A DNA stretch of 58,485 nt, the filler included, from Limisphaerales bacterium (GTDB lineage Bacteria; Verrucomicrobiota; Verrucomicrobiia; Limisphaerales; SIBE01), in the NCBI GenBank assembly GCA_044225505.1. It is 3 parts of 2 records of this genome, joined end to end, with 100 filler letters (N's around TTAATTAATTAA, not from the genome) between each part and the next. Parts side by side here need not be neighbours in the genome. Positions count along the whole stretch, not along the records: positions 12,073 to 30,663 come from JBGAIN010000009.1; positions 30,764 to 58,485 come from JBGAIN010000009.1; 1 more part is not named here. One strand, 5' to 3'. A model generated the notes under the pieces. That model had not been told where the DNA came from and made no database searches. It saw nothing but the letters and a program-made list of their open reading frames with translations. Shown one piece after another: positions 29,983 to 41,056 of this stretch. Position numbers and translations under genes: made by a program. How positions within the stretch are numbered: position 1 is the first letter of the stretch; the number at the start of each line of letters is the position of its first letter.

Positions 29983-30663
29983 ATGGGAAAACGTGACCAC
30001 AGCTCCAACGGGAATCATTCTCTAGAATTCGAGCACGAGCACAAACACGAGCTCGAAGAACTCAAGAACAAGACCTATAAGAAAGAGCTCAAACGGCTCC
30101 AGATCGAATTGGTCAAGCTCCAGGAATGGATCAAGCACAAGGGCTTGAAAGTGGTCGCGCTCTTTGAAGGACGCGATGCCGCTGGCAAAGGCGGCACTAT
30201 CAAGCGGATCTCGCAACGGATGAATCCGCGCATCTGCCGTGTCGTCGCTTTGGCGGCGCCGACCGAGCGGGAGAAGTCCCAGTGGTACTTCCAACGGTAT
30301 GTGGCGCACCTTCCTGCCGCCGGCGAAATGGTTCTCTTCGACCGCAGTTGGTATAACCGCGCTGGGGTGGAACGCGTCATGGGTTATTGCACGGACGCCG
30401 AGTATGAAGAGTTTCTCCATTCATGTCCGGCTTTCGAGCGGATGTTGATTCGCTCTGGGATTATCCTGGTGAAGTATTGGTTTTCGGTGAGCGATCGGGA
30501 ACAGGAAAAAAGATTTCAGGATCGAATGGAGGATCCTACCAAACGCTGGAAGCTCAGTCCCATGGATCTCGAATCCCGGCGTCGTTGGCAGGCCTATTCT
30601 CGAGCCAAGGACACCATGATGGCTCATACGGATAGCAAACAGACGCCCTGGTTCGTGGTGCAC
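29983..30663 (+). CDS. ppk2: Polyphosphate kinase 2 (3' end cut by contig end)
   Basis: FEGRDAAGKGGTIKR, WYFQRY, FDRSWYNRAGVERVMG and WKLSPMD motifs. Confidence 0.95.
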
Positions 30664-30763
30664 NNNNNNNNNNNNNNNNNNNNNNNNNNNNNNNNNNNNN
30701 NNNNNNNTTAATTAATTAANNNNNNNNNNNNNNNNNNNNNNNNNNNNNNNNNNNNNNNNNNNN
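30664..30763. other. Artificial contig linker
   Basis: N runs flanking TTAATTAATTAA at 30708-30719. Confidence 0.97.
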
Positions 30764-32472
30764 AAATCATTGTTCATGAGCGCAATCGTCGCGCTGTGAA
30801 TGGCGACCTCGCTGCCGGCGGCGCCCATGGCAATCCCGAGATCGCCAGCAGCCAAAGCTGGGGCATCATTGACTCCGTCTCCCACCACCGCTACTCGATA
30901 CCCTCGGGCCCGGAGCTTACGCACAAACTCCACCTTGTGCTGGGGAAGACAGCCACCCAGAATCTCATCGCAGCCGATGTCCTGGCCCACACGAAGTGCG
31001 ACCGGTTGCCGGTCTCCGCTCACCAGGGCAACGCGCCGAGCCCCAGCTGTTTTGAGGGCCGCCAGGGCATCTTTCGCTTCTCCGCGAGTCTGGTCCTGCA
31101 ACCCGACCCAGCCGATGCACTCCCCGTTAACGGCCACGAACACCAAGCTCCACCCCTCAGCCTCACGGATGTCCACCGGGGTGGCGAATGTGTCTGGAAC
31201 GTTGTTCTCGAGCAGCCACTGCGCACGGCCGATCACAACCGTATCTCCATTCAAAGTCGTCCTCACACCCCGACCGGCGGCTTCCGAAAAGTCGCTCGGC
31301 TTGACGAGGGGAATCCCTGCTTCTTCGGCGAGTTGCGCCAACGCCTTGCCTGCCGGGTGGTTGCTGAATCGCTCTGCCGATGCTGCCACACGCAGCAGTT
31401 CGGCTGGGGTCGTTTGGCCGAAAGGCGCCAATCGAGCCACGCTCAACTGCCCAGTGGTCAGCGTGCCCGTCTTGTCAAAGACGAAGGCGTTGATCCTTGA
31501 AGCCAGTTCGAGATTAGCGACGTCCTTAATAAGGATTCCCAGGCGCGCCGCAGCCGAAAGTGCTGCGACAATGGCTGTCGGTGAAGCCAGCACGAAAGCG
31601 CACGGACAAGACACGATGAACACAGAGACGACTCGGCTCAGGTCGTGAGTGAACATCCAGACCAGCGCGCCGATGGTCAGGACCAGCGGGGTGTAGAAAC
31701 CCATGTACTGGTCCATGATGCGTGCGATTGGCAGCTTGGTCTGTTCCGCCGCCAGGATGAGATCGCGCACCCGCCCAAGCGTCGTATCCTGCCCCGCTCG
31801 GGTGACTCGGATGTCGAGCAGTCCAGTGAGATTGCTGGTCCCGGCGAACACCTCATTGCCTGCCTTCTTGTCCACTGGCAGCGACTCTCCCGTAATATTG
31901 GCTTCGTTGATTGAGCTTTGCCCTGCCAAGATGACGCCATCGGCGGCCACACTATCACCTGGCCGAATGCGGACAAGGTCTCCCACCGTGAGTTGGTGCA
32001 CAGGCACTTCTTCCTCCTCTTCAGCCATGATCCGCCGAGCTTTGGTGGGCGTGAGTCGGATCAGGGAGTGAATGGAAGCAAGGGCGCCTTCAGCGGTTCG
32101 TGTCTCGATGATCTGACCCAGCAGCATGAAAAATGAGACGATGCCCGCTTCGGCGTAGTGCGCTGAGGCGACGAGCGCAAGGAGCGCCAGTGCGACCAAA
32201 ACGTTGGTGTTTAGCGAGCCGCGACGCAGATCCTTGAATGCAACCCGCACGATGGGAAAACCGAGCAGAAGGGCGCCCGCCAGGGCGCTGAAGCTGGCTA
32301 CGCCGCTGTTGGCCTCTACGAGCCATGTGTAGAGGAAGGAATTGAACGTGAAAACCAAACCAACCAATGTCTGCTTGAGTTGGACTGTAGCGTGCGAATG
32401 GTGTCCCCCACAAGAGCATGTGCCATCATGACTATGTTCATGCAAGAGCTCCGCATGGGAAGTGACTCTCAT
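30764..32472 (-). CDS. Heavy-metal P1B-type ATPase (3' end cut by contig end)
   Basis: His/Cys-rich N-terminus HEHSHDGTCSCGGHHSH; TGES, CPC, DKTGT, HP and GDGVNDAP motifs. Confidence 0.93.
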
Positions 32473-32477
32473 GGTCC

Positions 32478-33002
32478 TTATTCAAGAGGGCGACGACTCT
32501 GCGGAGGCGGCACTTTGTGACAGCTATCTTCGGAGAACCTGCCGTCCGCGACGCCCGATCCACGGCCGGCCGCATACCACCCGACGCGGCTAATACTAAA
32601 AACATCGAAGTCGGGCACGTAGGGTTTAATATCCAACAACGGGGTTGCATCCAGCACGTCCAGTTCAGCCACATGGAGCCGTGCTCCTTCAACAGCGAGC
32701 AATCGCACACAGGAAAGTCCAATGGGATTAGGTCGACTGGGCACCCGTGTGGCGAACACGCCACGAGGTTCGTTGTCCAGATAAGGGATAACAGAGAGTT
32801 CCTTCCCACGAGGAACTCGGTGAAACCAATAGACCAGCCAAATGCGCTCGAACCCGTCCAGGTCGGTGACGCCCTTGACGAACTCCGGGTAGATCTCGAT
32901 CACACCCGTTACCTCTTGGGCCCACCGCGGCTGAATTGGCGTGGCTTCCTGCTCTTGAAACGGCGAGTGAATCATGCCAATGGAGTTTATTTCGAAGTTC
33001 AT
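32478..33002 (-). CDS. tsaA: TsaA/TrmO (YaeB) family tRNA methyltransferase-like protein
   Basis: IGMIHSPF, DLDGFERIWLVYWFH, GVFATRVPSRPNPIGLS and DATPLLDIKPY motifs. Confidence 0.88.
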   Translation of the reverse strand: MNFEINSIGMIHSPFQEQEATPIQPRWAQEVTGVIEIYPEFVKGVTDLDGFERIWLVYWFHRVPRGKELSVIPYLDNEPRGVFATRVPSRPNPIGLSCVRLLAVEGARLHVAELDVLDATPLLDIKPYVPDFDVFSISRVGWYAAGRGSGVADGRFSEDSCHKVPPPQSRRPLE

Positions 33003-33070
33003 ATCCGGCTCTCGAGCTTTGGCGCGGCTACAGGAGGAACAGGAGTTCTTTCCCGCATTGAATACCTCAT
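32999..33070 (-). CDS. 23-aa mini-ORF (MRYSMRERTPVPPVAAPKLESRI) coupled by ATGA overlaps on both sides
   Basis: ATG 33070 overlaps the upstream TGA; its own TGA overlaps the tsaA ATG at 33002. Confidence 0.45.
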   Translation of the reverse strand: MRYSMRERTPVPPVAAPKLESRI

Positions 33071-33447
33071 GCCCTAACTGCGTTCGAGACCGCTTTGACC
33101 ACCTGGTCTGTGCGGCGCGATAGGGCATCGAAGATCGCCTTCAGTTCGCGCCGAGGGAGAATCCCCATCGCTAAGTACAAGACGACTTCATCGCGTAGCA
33201 CAACCAAAGCCGGAATCGAGCTGATACAAAAGCGCTTCAGTAGGTTCGCACCTCCGTGTGGGCTGACCCATTGGAAACGCAATCGGTCGCGGTAAGCGGG
33301 AGCGAGTTCGTGGATCGTCCGCTCTAGCACGTGCGACGCCATAGATTGTCCATCAGCGAAAAGCAGAACGACAGGACGCCCACCGTAAGGCGCCTCGGAT
33401 TTGAAGCCACCTGTGGTGAATTCACAAACAGTTGAAGCAGTTTTCAT
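33067..33447 (-). CDS. Thioredoxin-fold protein lacking CxxC
   Basis: RPVVLLFA...ELAPAYRDRLRF...FCISSIPALVV (cis-Pro loop)...G..PRRELKAIFD; active-site Cys pair absent. Confidence 0.6.
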   Translation of the reverse strand: MKTASTVCEFTTGGFKSEAPYGGRPVVLLFADGQSMASHVLERTIHELAPAYRDRLRFQWVSPHGGANLLKRFCISSIPALVVLRDEVVLYLAMGILPRRELKAIFDALSRRTDQVVKAVSNAVRA

Positions 33448-34049
33448 GGCTTAACTCTCATCCCTGGCGAACGGCGCTTTCGTTGTTCGAGCAGGACTGA
33501 CGGCAATGCGAGTTCGCAGGTGCCGCTGCACTCGAGCGCTGGACGTCCGTGGTCGCAGATCAAAACACCGCTGAGATGGTCGAGTTCGTGCTGAATCACT
33601 CTCGCCCAAAGGCCGGTCGCGCCGAACCGACTCCTGCGCCCATGCGCATCGTATCCGCTCACTTGGATACGCTCCGGACGTACCACTCGGATCTGAACCT
33701 TCGGCAGACTGAGGCAGCCTTCCACCATGCCTTTCGGTTCACCTGCGTCGTGAATTTTGGGATTGGTGAGGCAAACCCGCCGGCCTTCAATGGCGCAGAC
33801 GAGCACCTGTCGTTCAACAGCGACTTGCGGGCCGGCCAGCCCGACGCCTCCGTTGATCTGCAGGAGGGAGAGCATCTCCTGAACCAGATCGCGAAGCGTG
33901 CTGTCGAAGCGGTCCACAGGCTGACAGACCGCGCGCAGGATGGGATTGGGGTAACAGACGAGGCTGAGACTGGGCGGCCAGTGTTGAGCGGAAATGTCGC
34001 CCTCAGAGACCTGGATCTGTTCGGCGGAAAGGCGTATCGGTGTTTTCAC
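33444..34049 (-). CDS. def: Peptide deformylase
   Basis: GVGLAGPQ, EGCLSLP and QHELDHL motifs; GTG 34049 overlaps the upstream stop. Confidence 0.9.
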   Translation of the reverse strand: MKTPIRLSAEQIQVSEGDISAQHWPPSLSLVCYPNPILRAVCQPVDRFDSTLRDLVQEMLSLLQINGGVGLAGPQVAVERQVLVCAIEGRRVCLTNPKIHDAGEPKGMVEGCLSLPKVQIRVVRPERIQVSGYDAHGRRSRFGATGLWARVIQHELDHLSGVLICDHGRPALECSGTCELALPSVLLEQRKRRSPGMRVKP

Positions 34050-35122
34050 GGCACAGATTCCGTATTTGCGTGCGCCTGCTTGCGCGCGTTCTCCGATCTC
34101 CCTTGATGGTGCAAAACAAGGCTGCCGCGAGGCCACCCGAGCGATTCCGCAAGGACGGGGCACTTGACCGTCAGCAGGAAGAAAATCTCTTGGTCCACCC
34201 CGATCAGCGATTCGTAGTTGCCCTGGCCTTTTGCGATGACTAGGTCGGCTGCCGCGAAGAGAGTGCGAAACTCCGGTGAGCAATCTTCAAGCAGCGTCCC
34301 GGGAGCATCCGAACCGTTGGTGGCCAAGTCACAGAATTCAGCAAGCCCAGCTTGTCGGGCGTCGGCAAGGGTCGCATCGTTGAGCACCGGCCCGCCGCGC
34401 ACAACAACGGTGAAGCTGCCCAAGGGCAGATGGGAGAGCAGATCGCGATCGAACACGATCTCGCCAGTGTTGTCAGTGAGATAAACGATCTGACGCGCCT
34501 TTCGAATCGCCTGCTTGAACTCGGAGAGCGAGCCCCGTAACGGCGCCACTAGGATCGCTGTGTAGCCGCCAAGCAGGAACACCTCGAGCCAGTATTGACC
34601 AGGGAACTCATCTCGGAACGCGATTAAGCCTTCAACCATGCGCTCGAAGGTGAGGCACGGGTGTGGGCGGTTGATAAACGCAAATTTCAATCCATTACCA
34701 GCATCGAGGGAAGGCAACACCGCGTCAGCGAGAGCCAACTCCTCACGGACCTCTTTCTGCCAGAGCAGAGATCCATTTGTCAGGACCGCGACAGGGACAT
34801 CAGACATCGCTTGGATGTGCTCGATGGTTTCTCCCAACCGCGAATGCAGTGTTGGTTCTCCGGAGCCGCTGAGCGTGACGTAATCAGGACGACAGGCGAG
34901 CTTCACCTTGAGTTCGTCCAAGACGGCATCCATGGGCACCCATTCCTTACGTTCTATCGTCTGATTGGTGGTGCGCCCGACTTGGCAGTAAATACAGTCG
35001 TAGGAGCAGGTCTTGAACGGGACCAAATCCACGCCCAGCGAGCGCCCCAGTCTTCGGGAGGGGACCGGGCCAAAGACATGGCGTGGCGAACGGCAATCCA
35101 GGGGTGAAGTCGCGACTCTCAT
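34046..35122 (-). CDS. Chimeric ORF: radical SAM N-terminal part fused to the C-terminal half of a DUF89/ARMT1 phosphatase
   Basis: FGPVPSRRLGRSLG, CSYDCIYC and GSGEPTL (radical SAM), then YLTDNTGEIVFD, GGPVLNDAT, AKGQGNYESL (DUF89); junction near 34553. Confidence 0.8.
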   Translation of the reverse strand: MRVATSPLDCRSPRHVFGPVPSRRLGRSLGVDLVPFKTCSYDCIYCQVGRTTNQTIERKEWVPMDAVLDELKVKLACRPDYVTLSGSGEPTLHSRLGETIEHIQAMSDVPVAVLTNGSLLWQKEVREELALADAVLPSLDAGNGLKFAFINRPHPCLTFERMVEGLIAFRDEFPGQYWLEVFLLGGYTAILVAPLRGSLSEFKQAIRKARQIVYLTDNTGEIVFDRDLLSHLPLGSFTVVVRGGPVLNDATLADARQAGLAEFCDLATNGSDAPGTLLEDCSPEFRTLFAAADLVIAKGQGNYESLIGVDQEIFFLLTVKCPVLAESLGWPRGSLVLHHQGRSENARKQAHANTESVP

Positions 35123-35325
35123 AAGCTCGAGATCGTGGAGGGTTCAGCTCCGCCATGCTTTACCCCCTCCGTGCGCCTGAAGCTGCAATCCGCTCGTCCA
35201 AAAGCCGGCATACCGAGTAGAGCTCGTTTCCAACCCGGCAGGCCTGTCAGGCGAAACCAATGGCGATGCCCGCTCCGCCGTTTAATATCTTGCATCCTTG
35301 CCGCGTGGGCCGACGTTGTCTTCAT
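35119..35325 (-). CDS. Small basic protein, DUF5320-like
   Basis: GHRHWFRLTGLPGWKR motif; ATGA overlaps on both ends. Confidence 0.55.
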   Translation of the reverse strand: MKTTSAHAARMQDIKRRSGHRHWFRLTGLPGWKRALLGMPAFGRADCSFRRTEGVKHGGAEPSTISSL

Positions 35326-35525
35326 TCTGGAGCCCCCCTTGATATTCCGGTTGCGCCAGTCTGCACGGATGCGACCTGCGAAAGGATAGAGTTGACGATC
35401 TGGTCGAAAGCCTGTGCAGTTCCGCTCTCATCCGTGGCTCTCCGGACCAGCGAGGGAGCGCTGGGCTGGGGCTTAACTGCTTTGCCTGGAGCAGCGGTTT
35501 GACTTTCCGAGGGCGCCGAATTCAT
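35322..35525 (-). CDS. Small hypothetical protein
   Basis: ATGA-coupled to both neighbours; AGAGGA SD-like sequence upstream. Confidence 0.45.
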   Translation of the reverse strand: MNSAPSESQTAAPGKAVKPQPSAPSLVRRATDESGTAQAFDQIVNSILSQVASVQTGATGISRGAPE

Positions 35526-35722
35526 GTTCCAATCCTCTCGTGTGCTTGGCGCCCATAAACCCGGGCGTAAGCGCGGCAAAAAGGACACACGCGAGTTTCA
35601 ACTCGTTTGACCCAGGCATGGAAGAGACCAGACTGGCGCCGGCGCGCCGTCCGGCACGCGGGGCAATTTCTGCAGAAGGTCGCTAACGCGCGGTCTAGGC
35701 GAGAAATCGATTTGCTTCTCAT
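35522..35722 (-). CDS. Small Cys-rich (putative metal-binding) protein
   Basis: CRNCPAC ... CPFCRAY; ATGA-coupled. Confidence 0.65.
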   Translation of the reverse strand: MRSKSISRLDRALATFCRNCPACRTARRRQSGLFHAWVKRVETRVCPFCRAYARVYGRQAHERIGT

Positions 35723-36120
35723 AATAGTGTGTGTCTTCCAGGCGTGGCCCGTGTTCGGCGACAGCAGAGGCCATGAGTGTGATAACCCCAACACCCCGGC
35801 ATCCGAAACTCCGGTTGTTGAAGTTTACCCGAGTAGAAGGCCCTCAAGACCTTCTCAGCCTCGCCGCACACGTGCGGTTTCACCCGCACACCTTTCCGTT
35901 CCAGGTCACGGCAAAGCGGCTCCGAGATGGCGGCACAAAGCAGCACATCCACGCGCAGTTCAGCGATGCTGCGCGCCAGCGCCTCGATCGAGAGCGGTCC
36001 CAGGAGAATTTCCCGGCGCTCTCCTTGCCCAAGATCCGAACCGCTCACCAGAAGCAGGCGCGTAGCCGTGTCGAGCACAGGTGAGACGTGTCCCTCCCAA
36101 ATGGGCAGTGCAACAGTCAC
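35719..36120 (-). CDS. NifB/NifX-family (Fe-Mo cofactor-binding fold) protein
   Basis: VALPIWEGHVSPVLDTA, VDVLLCAAIS and FRMPGC motifs. Confidence 0.75.
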   Translation of the reverse strand: MTVALPIWEGHVSPVLDTATRLLLVSGSDLGQGERREILLGPLSIEALARSIAELRVDVLLCAAISEPLCRDLERKGVRVKPHVCGEAEKVLRAFYSGKLQQPEFRMPGCWGYHTHGLCCRRTRATPGRHTLL

Positions 36121-36132
36121 GGACCCATTGGG

Positions 36133-36147
36133 GCATGAAGTGTGCCG
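36133..36147 (-). promoter_or_regulatory. sigma54 (-24/-12) promoter
   Basis: CGGCACACTTCATGC on the minus strand (GG-N10-GC). Confidence 0.6.
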
Positions 36148-36223
36148 GGAGGGGTTCGGGCTAGTTTGCCAATCTTTTATCCACGCTTCCCCTCAAATTC
36201 AACCACCAGCGCGTCAACCACCA

Positions 36224-36269
36224 TGGCGATATGCGATGTCCGAACCCCGTGAGCCATGGCGATTTGCCT
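36224..36269. promoter_or_regulatory. Paired enhancer (UAS) sites for a sigma54 activator
   Basis: TGGCGATATGCGA (36224) and TGGCGATTTGCCT (36257), 33 bp apart, between divergent sigma54 promoters. Confidence 0.6.
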
Positions 36270-36321
36270 TCAATTGCAGCCTCCACATTCTCTCTCCAAG
36301 CATTTCCATCTCGCTTCTGGA

Positions 36322-36337
36322 CGGAACACCTTCTGCT
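36322..36337 (+). promoter_or_regulatory. sigma54 (-24/-12) promoter
   Basis: CGGAACACCTTCTGCT (GG-N10-GC) upstream of ATG 36383. Confidence 0.5.
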
Positions 36338-36382
36338 CGTCCCGTCCACACACGCCCAGCACGAATGGGCCAAAAACATTCT

Positions 36383-36766
36383 ATGCGAATTTGTATTCCA
36401 ACCTCGAACACTGCAGGACTGGAGAGTCTCCCTTATGCCCATTTCGGCTCGGCTCCGTATTTCATCATGCACAATGTCGCCAACGGGCAGACCGAAGTAC
36501 TCATCAATAACGATCAGGAACACGCCCACGGCCATTGCCATCCAATCGAAGCGCTCCGCGGACGAGGTGTCGACGTGGTTGTGGTGGGTGGAATCGGGGC
36601 TCGCGCGCTTGAGCGACTGAATGTAGCCGGAATCAAGGTGTTTCAAGCAAAAGCAGGGAGCGTGCGCGAAAACATTGAAGCGCTTCAGCAGGGTCAACTT
36701 GGCCAATTTACGTTGGAAGCTGCCTGTCGCCAGCATCAGCACCCCGACGGCACGTCCGCTTGCTGA
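36383..36766 (+). CDS. NifB/NifX-family protein
   Basis: MRICIPT...HFGSAPYF...HAHGHCHP...VDVVVVGGIGARA...GIKVF. Confidence 0.88.
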   Translation: MRICIPTSNTAGLESLPYAHFGSAPYFIMHNVANGQTEVLINNDQEHAHGHCHPIEALRGRGVDVVVVGGIGARALERLNVAGIKVFQAKAGSVRENIEALQQGQLGQFTLEAACRQHQHPDGTSAC

Positions 36767-36816
36767 CTGGAAGAAGAAAAACCCTTCAAATCCGACGCCA
36801 TTCGTGAAGCGGCCGA

Positions 36817-37266
36817 TCAGGCTTCCGTAGAAATGTCGTAGAACTTCGCCGTTGCGGTGGCTTTTATCTCCCCGTTTTGCTTCAGCTCGGCCTTGAGAAG
36901 ATGCAATGGACGGTGGGATTTGATGATCCACGCCCGAACGATGATCTCTGTGGTGGTGGCGACAGGATGCCGGTATCTCACCGACAATTCAGCGGTGACC
37001 GCTGGTCGCTTGTGAGCAAAGAGGCAGTTGGCCATCGCGCTGTCCAGGAGGGTGGCCACGACACCTCCATGCAATTGACCGGAGTATCCCTGGAGCAGCT
37101 CATTACTCCGGATCGAAGCTTTCACGCCGCCGTCCGACTCGAGCGAAAATTCTAAGCCCAGTCCCAAAGGGTTGGTAGGGCTGCAAGCAATACAACGCGG
37201 ATGAAGTTTGCGCCGCAAGGCACTCCAACTCTCGATGTCTGGGTCGCCTAAACTATCGGTTGTCAC
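36817..37266 (-). CDS. PaaI-family hotdog thioesterase
   Basis: CIACSPTNPLGL, QGYSGQLHGGVVATLLDSAM and VTAELSVRYRHPV motifs. Confidence 0.85.
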   Translation of the reverse strand: MTTDSLGDPDIESWSALRRKLHPRCIACSPTNPLGLGLEFSLESDGGVKASIRSNELLQGYSGQLHGGVVATLLDSAMANCLFAHKRPAVTAELSVRYRHPVATTTEIIVRAWIIKSHRPLHLLKAELKQNGEIKATATAKFYDISTEA

Positions 37267-37291
37267 ACGTTTTTGAAAGTAGTGCTCTGAG

Positions 37292-37306
37292 GCATGGACC
37301 GTGCCA
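37292..37306 (-). promoter_or_regulatory. sigma54 (-24/-12) promoter
   Basis: TGGCACGGTCCATGC on the minus strand, just upstream of the thioesterase. Confidence 0.7.
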
Positions 37307-37625
37307 CAAACTACGACCCCCCGGGCTGCTCCTCACCTCTCGTGGCTTGGCCATCGCCTCACGCCTGGTTTGCTCAGACCTTGGCCAGGATTGGTTCACC
37401 CTAGATTCGGCCGCTCCTGAACGAAGGGTGGCGAAGGCCGAACAAAGGACGGATTAACCCCGGACCAGGCCGAGCGGAGACCGCCACGACTAGCCACCGG
37501 AAGTGGTCGACATGGCAAGAAACGGCGTGAACACTCGCGGGGTCAGCGCTCCCCTGACTGGATAATGGGTACCTTAGTTGAAAGCAGCCAACAGATTGTT
37601 TTTATAGGCGGGGGACCGCAGTGCC

Positions 37626-38996
<1,371 letters not shown>

Positions 38997-39179
38997 GTTG
39001 AGATGATACCTCTGCCCCAACGCATTTGGCCAGCTCTTCACACCCGAACGGTTCGCGCAGAGTGGCATTTCGCCACGCGAGGGTCTCATCGGGGCGTTTT
39101 CCGGGACTCGAACTTCTCCATTTGCTCCATTCTACCCCGCAAAGGAGACGGTTCACCCAACTTGGAAGCGTTTAAGTCA

Positions 39180-39195
39180 TGGTACTGCCGCTGCT
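39180..39195 (+). promoter_or_regulatory. sigma54 (-24/-12) promoter
   Basis: TGGTACTGCCGCTGCT (GG-N10-GC); UAS-like TGGCATTTCGCCA at 39063-39075. Confidence 0.6.
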
Positions 39196-39224
39196 ATCCG
39201 TTTATATCCGACACGCAATCAGTT

Positions 39225-40235
39225 ATGAAAACGACCGCCGAGAAGGCCAGGTGGACGCTCCCAAGCCACTGGGCGTGGTGGTGGGGGCATGATGCAGACA
39301 CAACGTCCCCATCTAGCCACAACGCCACTTCCTCACACCGGGCCGAAGCCTCGGAAGCGATGGTGCTCCCTGATCCACTGCAGCAGTCTTTGCCAAAATC
39401 GCGCCCTGCGATCTGGGTAACCGTGTTGGTCGAGAACAGCGTTCAAGGGCGCGATCTTCAAGCGGAGCACGGCCTGGCTTTCCACATCCGGACAGACGGC
39501 CATGCTCTGCTCTTTGATACGGGCCAGACGGATCTGCTGGTGAGGAACGCACGCACGTTGGGGATCGACTTGGGCGACATCGAGAGCATCGTCCTGAGCC
39601 ATGGACACTACGACCACACTGGCGGACTGGAGGCGGTTCGGGCTGTTGCTCCCGGTGCGCGCATTTATCTGAACAGGGCCGCCTTGGCGCCGAAATACGC
39701 GGGCAACAAAGACGGTAGCAGCCGATTCGTCGGCATGCCCGAGACTACCACCGCATTTCTTGGCAAGGGTGCCACTGCCGTGGTTTGGACGGCCAAGCCC
39801 ACGGAGATCCAGGAGGGGATTTATGTCACGGGAGAGATTCCGCGGAGGAACGATTTCGAGGACACTGGTGGAGCCTTTTTTCTCGATCCTGCCTGCAAAG
39901 AACCCGATCCGTTATTGGATGATCAAGCGCTTTTCTTCGATACTCAGCAGGGGTTGGTGATCCTGTTGGGCTGTGGTCATTCAGGAGTCATTAACACGGT
40001 AGAGTACATTCGCCAGCTCACTCGAGGGCGTCCGGTCTACGCTTTGATCGGTGGACTTCACCTCTTGGCCGCCTGCGAAAAGCGGATGCAGAGAACAATC
40101 GCTGCGTTAAGAGAGTGGAACGTGCAGAGAATCGTGGCGGGGCACTGCACCGGCAGTGCCGCGCTCGCTCAGATCTGGACCGCCTTTCCAGGCAGATGCT
40201 CGCCTTGTTCGGTTGGGACAACTTTGCAGTTCTGA
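39225..40235 (+). CDS. Metallo-beta-lactamase-fold hydrolase (MJ0448/dihydropterin synthase-like)
   Basis: AEHGL, LLFDTG, LSHGHYDHTGG, DDQAL, GCGHSG, GGLHL and GHCTG motifs; start could be 39360. Confidence 0.88.
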   Translation: MKTTAEKARWTLPSHWAWWWGHDADTTSPSSHNATSSHRAEASEAMVLPDPLQQSLPKSRPAIWVTVLVENSVQGRDLQAEHGLAFHIRTDGHALLFDTGQTDLLVRNARTLGIDLGDIESIVLSHGHYDHTGGLEAVRAVAPGARIYLNRAALAPKYAGNKDGSSRFVGMPETTTAFLGKGATAVVWTAKPTEIQEGIYVTGEIPRRNDFEDTGGAFFLDPACKEPDPLLDDQALFFDTQQGLVILLGCGHSGVINTVEYIRQLTRGRPVYALIGGLHLLAACEKRMQRTIAALREWNVQRIVAGHCTGSAALAQIWTAFPGRCSPCSVGTTLQF

Positions 40236-40258
40236 TACAAGGGGTTCGATCCGAAGCA

Positions 40259-40939
40259 TCATGGCTGTTGGCCCAAGCGTCTCTGCTGCCTGGCGCCCCA
40301 GCCGTTGCCTTGGCCAACTCTTCCCTGTCGCAGACAACCTGGTCCGGCCTGCTGGCCTGCGCCAACCCGATTCTGTCTCATGCACCCGGCCTGAGTACAC
40401 ATCTCGACGGTAACCGTGCCGCCGTTGGCGGCCGCTAATTTCAAGGCGGGAAGGTGACGATTCAACGAGGCAGCCTGCAAGTGTGTGAAGACCCGCACCA
40501 GGCTGGGGTAGCCTTGCGCGGCTTTCAACAGTTCATCGTACATCTTGGCATTGGCTTCTTCGGCCAGGATGCCGGCGGCGGCGGCATCAGTCAGCGACTC
40601 TGGCGCCTGGACCTTTGCCAAGTAGGAATCCTCTGGGACGGACACCCCGAAAGCCTCACACTGCCGTTGGAGGGCCGCGATGTGGTTTTCTTCAGCCCGG
40701 ATGAGGTGAGCGTAGGGCAGCACCTTCTTCCCAAACTTGTCCAGGATAGCCTCATATTCGGCACGGGCAGCGTACTCGCCATCTGGCCCAGCCAAAGCGG
40801 TAGTTAAAGCTGCTTTGGCGATGTCCGTCAGGGCTGGGTTTGAATTTGGACCGGCGAGACGGCGTCCCTGGGCCAGGCTGGTAAGAGCCGCTGCGCACAC
40901 CAGGAGAGCCGATGTGATCTGGATTAGATTTCGTTTCAT
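40259..40939 (-). CDS. Secreted ferritin-like (DUF2202-like) protein
   Basis: Signal peptide; EYAARAEY, AEENHIAAL, AEEANAKMY and ASLNRHLPA motifs. Confidence 0.75.
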   Translation of the reverse strand: MKRNLIQITSALLVCAAALTSLAQGRRLAGPNSNPALTDIAKAALTTALAGPDGEYAARAEYEAILDKFGKKVLPYAHLIRAEENHIAALQRQCEAFGVSVPEDSYLAKVQAPESLTDAAAAGILAEEANAKMYDELLKAAQGYPSLVRVFTHLQAASLNRHLPALKLAAANGGTVTVEMCTQAGCMRQNRVGAGQQAGPGCLRQGRVGQGNGWGARQQRRLGQQP

Positions 40940-41056
40940 AATGTCGCTTCTTTCTTGAGTGGCTGTTCACTTCGCCACTCCAACATGAATGGACCCGAGA
41001 AACATGAACGTTCTCCCTCAGCTCAGATTACAGTTTGTTCATGTGTTCACAGGCCC

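Noticed and set aside
35719..36766. NifB/NifX-family genes as evidence of nitrogen fixation
   Set aside because: No nifHDK/ENB; this fold is common in non-diazotroph metal/redox operons.
41006..41032. TGTAAT-N15-ACGTT upstream of the ferritin-like gene as a fourth copy of the ECF motif
   Set aside because: Both elements deviate from TGTAAC/GGCTC; too weak to include.
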